Made by a program: the position numbers and the translations under genes
Notes under the pieces: model-generated
Told to the model about the DNA's origin: nothing
What the model saw: the letters and a program-made list of their open reading frames with translations, nothing else
The model's database searches: none
Shown here: positions 61,413 through 64,000 of the stretch, piece by piece
Numbering within the stretch: the first letter of the stretch is position 1
Layout of the letters: the number at the start of each line of letters is the position of its first letter
NCBI RefSeq assembly: GCF_041381155.1
Contig: NC_091144.1
Location: 38,732,437-38,796,436, forward strand
Direction: 5' to 3'
Source of the DNA: Argopecten irradians
Lineage: Eukaryota
Length of the DNA: 64,000 bases

Positions 61413-61586
61413 GTAAGTCCATTTATCCTTTTCGTCCATGTTTGATTATCATTTACTTTTTTCTTTTTTTTTAAAGATTTATTTTTCTTATATTCCATAG
61501 TACATGATATCTTGATTGTATTTCATTTGGTTTGGTTATTTACTAGGATATAAGTTTTGATGACTGTTACCGTCTCTCTTTTACAG

Positions 61587-61766
61587 CATGGACGGAAGCT
61601 AAATTTGTTTGACAGTTACATTATTTCTCCGTCGAAGGATGTACCCTTCCACAGACGGATACCTGTAAGAGTGTTAGACCTGACGGGTGGTAACAGTACT
61701 ACAGAGTGCTACGCCGTCACATCTACTGGCCAGATCCACCAGCTGTCCTCCCTCACACACACCAAG
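61587..61766 (+). CDS. TEP1: TEP1-like exon 51, WD40 (HGRKLNLFDSYIISPSKDVPFHRRIPVRVLDLTGGNSTTECYAVTSTGQIHQLSSLTHTK)
   Basis: Acceptor tctctcttttacag; donor GTACAG 61767. Confidence 0.8.
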
Positions 61767-62068
61767 GTACAGTATTTTATCAGGTTTTTGTGCACCCTGA
61801 ATGCTCAATGAATACAGAAATCTTTATTGCTTTTCTTATCTTATAGATAATATTTGTTGTTAACAGATACCTAAGAAGATACATTTCATGTTTTAGATTT
61901 TTCTTTAAAATGTACAATATTTATGTGTTTGTTTGTGAAGTTAGAAAATGAAAGGAAGCAGCATTTATCGTATGGTGGGACAAAAGTTGACAGTATAATA
62001 GGGACTGCTGTAGTTATTTAGACTCAATCAGCATCCATGTTTCTGACTAATTGTTGTCTGCTTTCCAG

Positions 62069-62179
62069 ATCCACAGTGGTACTGTTACATGTGTGGACAT
62101 GTGCGAGTCTTTTGTGTTTACTGGGGCGCACGACTGCACCGTCAAAGTCTGGCGACGACAGGATAATAAATTAAAACAG
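62069..62179 (+). CDS. TEP1: TEP1-like exon 52, WD40 (IHSGTVTCVDMCESFVFTGAHDCTVKVWRRQDNKLKQ)
   Basis: Acceptor ctgctttccag; donor GTCAGT 62180. Confidence 0.85.
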
Positions 62180-62289
62180 GTCAGTAGCCACAGAATCACA
62201 ATGTTCTTTTAGACATTTTTAGGACGCCATGCTTCATTTGTCATTGTGTGCTGTGCACCATCATTAATCTGTGAACTTTTCATTTAAAA

Positions 62290-62510
62290 AATGGCGGCCT
62301 TTTATGATCTTAAGGTTTTAGCCATGCCATTTCTTGGGTTGTAAGAGTTTCGGCCTTTTATGATCTTAAGGTTTTAGCCATTTCTTGGGTTGTAAGAGTT
62401 GTGACCTTTATGATCTTAGGGTTTTAGCCCTCTCTTAGTTTTAAGAGTTGTGGTCCTTTATGATCTTAGGGTTTTAGTCCTCTCTTGGGTTGTAAGAGTT
62501 GTGGCCCTTT
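62290..62510. repeat. Tandem repeat, ~55-bp unit x4 (ggccttttatgatcttaaggttttagccatttcttgggttgtaagagtt)
   Basis: Visual periodicity. Confidence 0.85.
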
Positions 62511-63462
62511 ATGATGATATTCATATCGATGAGAACTTCCTTAAGCTTGTGGTAGGTCTGTTATTTCCTGACTTTGTTTCGTTTTAGAAATAATCATTAG
62601 CAACATACTTATTTCTGTAAAGATTCTTGTCCAAAAGATAATTTAGACTTTCACTTTAAGCAGTGATTGTATAGAATTGAATATAAATAATGTTCATGTG
62701 TATAATTTGACATTACAGTAGTATGTAAATATATTTTTTTTTTATTTGCTCTAATTTTTCCTATTCTCATCAGATATAGTTTCTACTATTGGAAAAAATG
62801 TGACATATTTACTTGCGATTGTTTTAAACCTTACATCTCATCTTGTGGAAGTTATACTAAATTAGTGTGACATCAATAAACCTGCCAGAGAAACATTTCA
62901 TGGCAATATGCCCAGGTATTCAGTTTCATTTATTTATGAATATAAATCTTTGTGTAAGTATTAACCTTAATATATATTGTGTCCATTTTGAAACTAGGTC
63001 AACAGCAATCCATTTCCTTACATGTCCAAGGTTAATAACAGTAATAAAAGTGTTATAGAGTATACACTGTTTATGTTGTGTCAACATTTTTCCTTACAAT
63101 ACCAGTTTTGTGGTTTCCCATGGTGACATTAAGTCTTGTAAATAATAACAAAAACAACTATTTCAGTAATTTCCAATATTGAAAAAAGGTTTATCGTGTG
63201 GTGAAATTTTCTAAATCTATCACACTTGTCATCAAAGTTCAACATTCATCTGTAAAAATGACCTCTGACCTCTTCTTGTGGAATAGATAATTTGACCAAG
63301 CCAGTTTCTACGTGTTATACAATAGCATATTCTTGACCTTTGAAACTGTCTACATTTGAATATTCTTGACTACTGTCTTCATTTGCATATATTTCTTACG
63401 TTTGACACTGTCAACATTTGCTTTGACCTTTGAACCTATTTGACCTTTTGATGATGTTCCAG

Positions 63463-63597
63463 GTTGGACTGTTCTTCTGTCCCGCTCCTGTTGAGAGTCT
63501 AGCCATAATCAGCCAATCAACAACCGACAAATCCCAGATTCGTCTTGTTTGTGGGGACCAACTTGGGACCATACATTTCCTGACCTGGAGAAAATAG
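63463..63597 (+). CDS. TEP1: TEP1-like terminal coding exon 53 (VGLFFCPAPVESLAIISQSTTDKSQIRLVCGDQLGTIHFLTWRK*)
   Basis: Acceptor gatgatgttccag; in-frame TAG at 63595-63597; 3' UTR follows. Confidence 0.8.
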   Translation, partial: VGLFFCPAPVESLAIISQSTTDKSQIRLVCGDQLGTIHFLTWRK

Positions 63598-64000
63598 ACA
63601 TTTTCATTGCAAGTGCTTTGAACTTTCACAATTAATACTTTATTGAACAAACATAAAGACTTTGTATCATGATTATTTTTTTTTTATTTGTTCATGTAAA
63701 TATGTCTTGAATTGTAACTGTCATGTTTTGAATTATAATTTTACACACTTCCCATGCAGCCATGTTTTGTGTTGTTTGACCCAGGGCCATAAGCACTCTA
63801 CATGTACAGGTAGCAGTATGACTTTATCACACTCTGTCACTTCTAATTAATATTGAAGAAAACTTACAAGTCATATAAATGTCTTAAAAGTTGTGAAATG
63901 GTTATTTTCACACATAAAAAAATCTTTTAAGGTTTCATAATGTTAATGAATATTCAAATTATGGATGTAAATTCAATTCACTACACACTTTTTTTTCCTG

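Larger units (their letters stand above)
405..63597 (+). other. TEP1: TEP1-like gene (telomerase-associated protein 1 / vault TROVE-NACHT-WD40 protein). Contains 53 coding exons and ~8.08 kb of CDS, and spans essentially the whole window
   Basis: Consistent GT-AG exon chain with matching phases. Encoded domains in TEP1 order: TROVE (EFILKVALYTRKELNIRTTANFLLAMAAN..., RTIVLCDIGPSM vWA-like), DUF4062-like ([16 protein letters not shown]), NACHT Walker A LVGKPGTGKSAVM and Walker B LIVFIDGIDLME, then >15 WD40 repeats. Total length ~2690 aa, matching TEP1 size. Confidence 0.75.

Noticed and set aside
1-64000. A CRISPR array or prokaryotic defence or operon-type system
   Set aside because: The regular arrays have no unique spacers and their units are junction-derived. 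The coding sequence is split by >50 GT-AG introns, and no Shine-Dalgarno or operon organisation is present. The locus is clearly eukaryotic.

Overview
This window is eukaryotic nuclear DNA. It is AT-rich, uses GT-AG introns and is full of minisatellites, so it is probably from an invertebrate and possibly from a bivalve mollusc (a weak inference from the repeat families). It is not a prokaryotic locus: there are no operons, CRISPR arrays or defence islands. Almost the whole window is one very large plus-strand gene.

That gene is an apparently full-length ortholog of telomerase-associated protein 1 / vault protein TEP1. I reconstructed 53 coding exons from an ATG at 405 to a TAG at 63595-63597. 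They total about 8.08 kb of CDS, or about 2690 aa (human TEP1 is about 2627 aa, from memory). The domain order is an N-terminal Ser/Thr-rich region, a TROVE (Ro60/TEP1-type) module with a vWA-like part, a DUF4062-like block, a NACHT P-loop NTPase (Walker A GKPGTGKS, Walker B LIVFIDGID), and a long run of WD40 repeats. Splice phases are consistent across every junction except around exons 37 and 40, where single-base insertions (G-run in exon 37, 1 nt at 45758 in exon 40) break the frame. These are probably sequencing errors but could be real lesions.

I found no convincing minus-strand gene. About 40% of the window is tandem repeat, in roughly 25 arrays with unit lengths from 20 to about 190 bp.

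The observation that most deserves follow-up is that many arrays sit directly against exon boundaries. Their units are copies of the adjacent splice site plus the first or last 10-30 nt of the exon, which gives tens of in-register decoy acceptors or donors. One of these is a GC-AG donor (GCAAGT) copied about 45 times.

The window also holds several small non-autonomous transposons. There are two TA-flanked Tc1/mariner-like MITEs. A TIR-MITE pair brackets exon 25. A hairpin-ended element carrying an internal 170-bp satellite sits inside a minisatellite. There is a 140-bp near-perfect palindrome. Two interspersed repeat families (about 200 bp SINE-like and about 160 bp satellite-like) recur in several introns. 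Finally, exons 6 and 11 carry RG/RGG-rich plus poly-Lys inserts inside the TROVE region.
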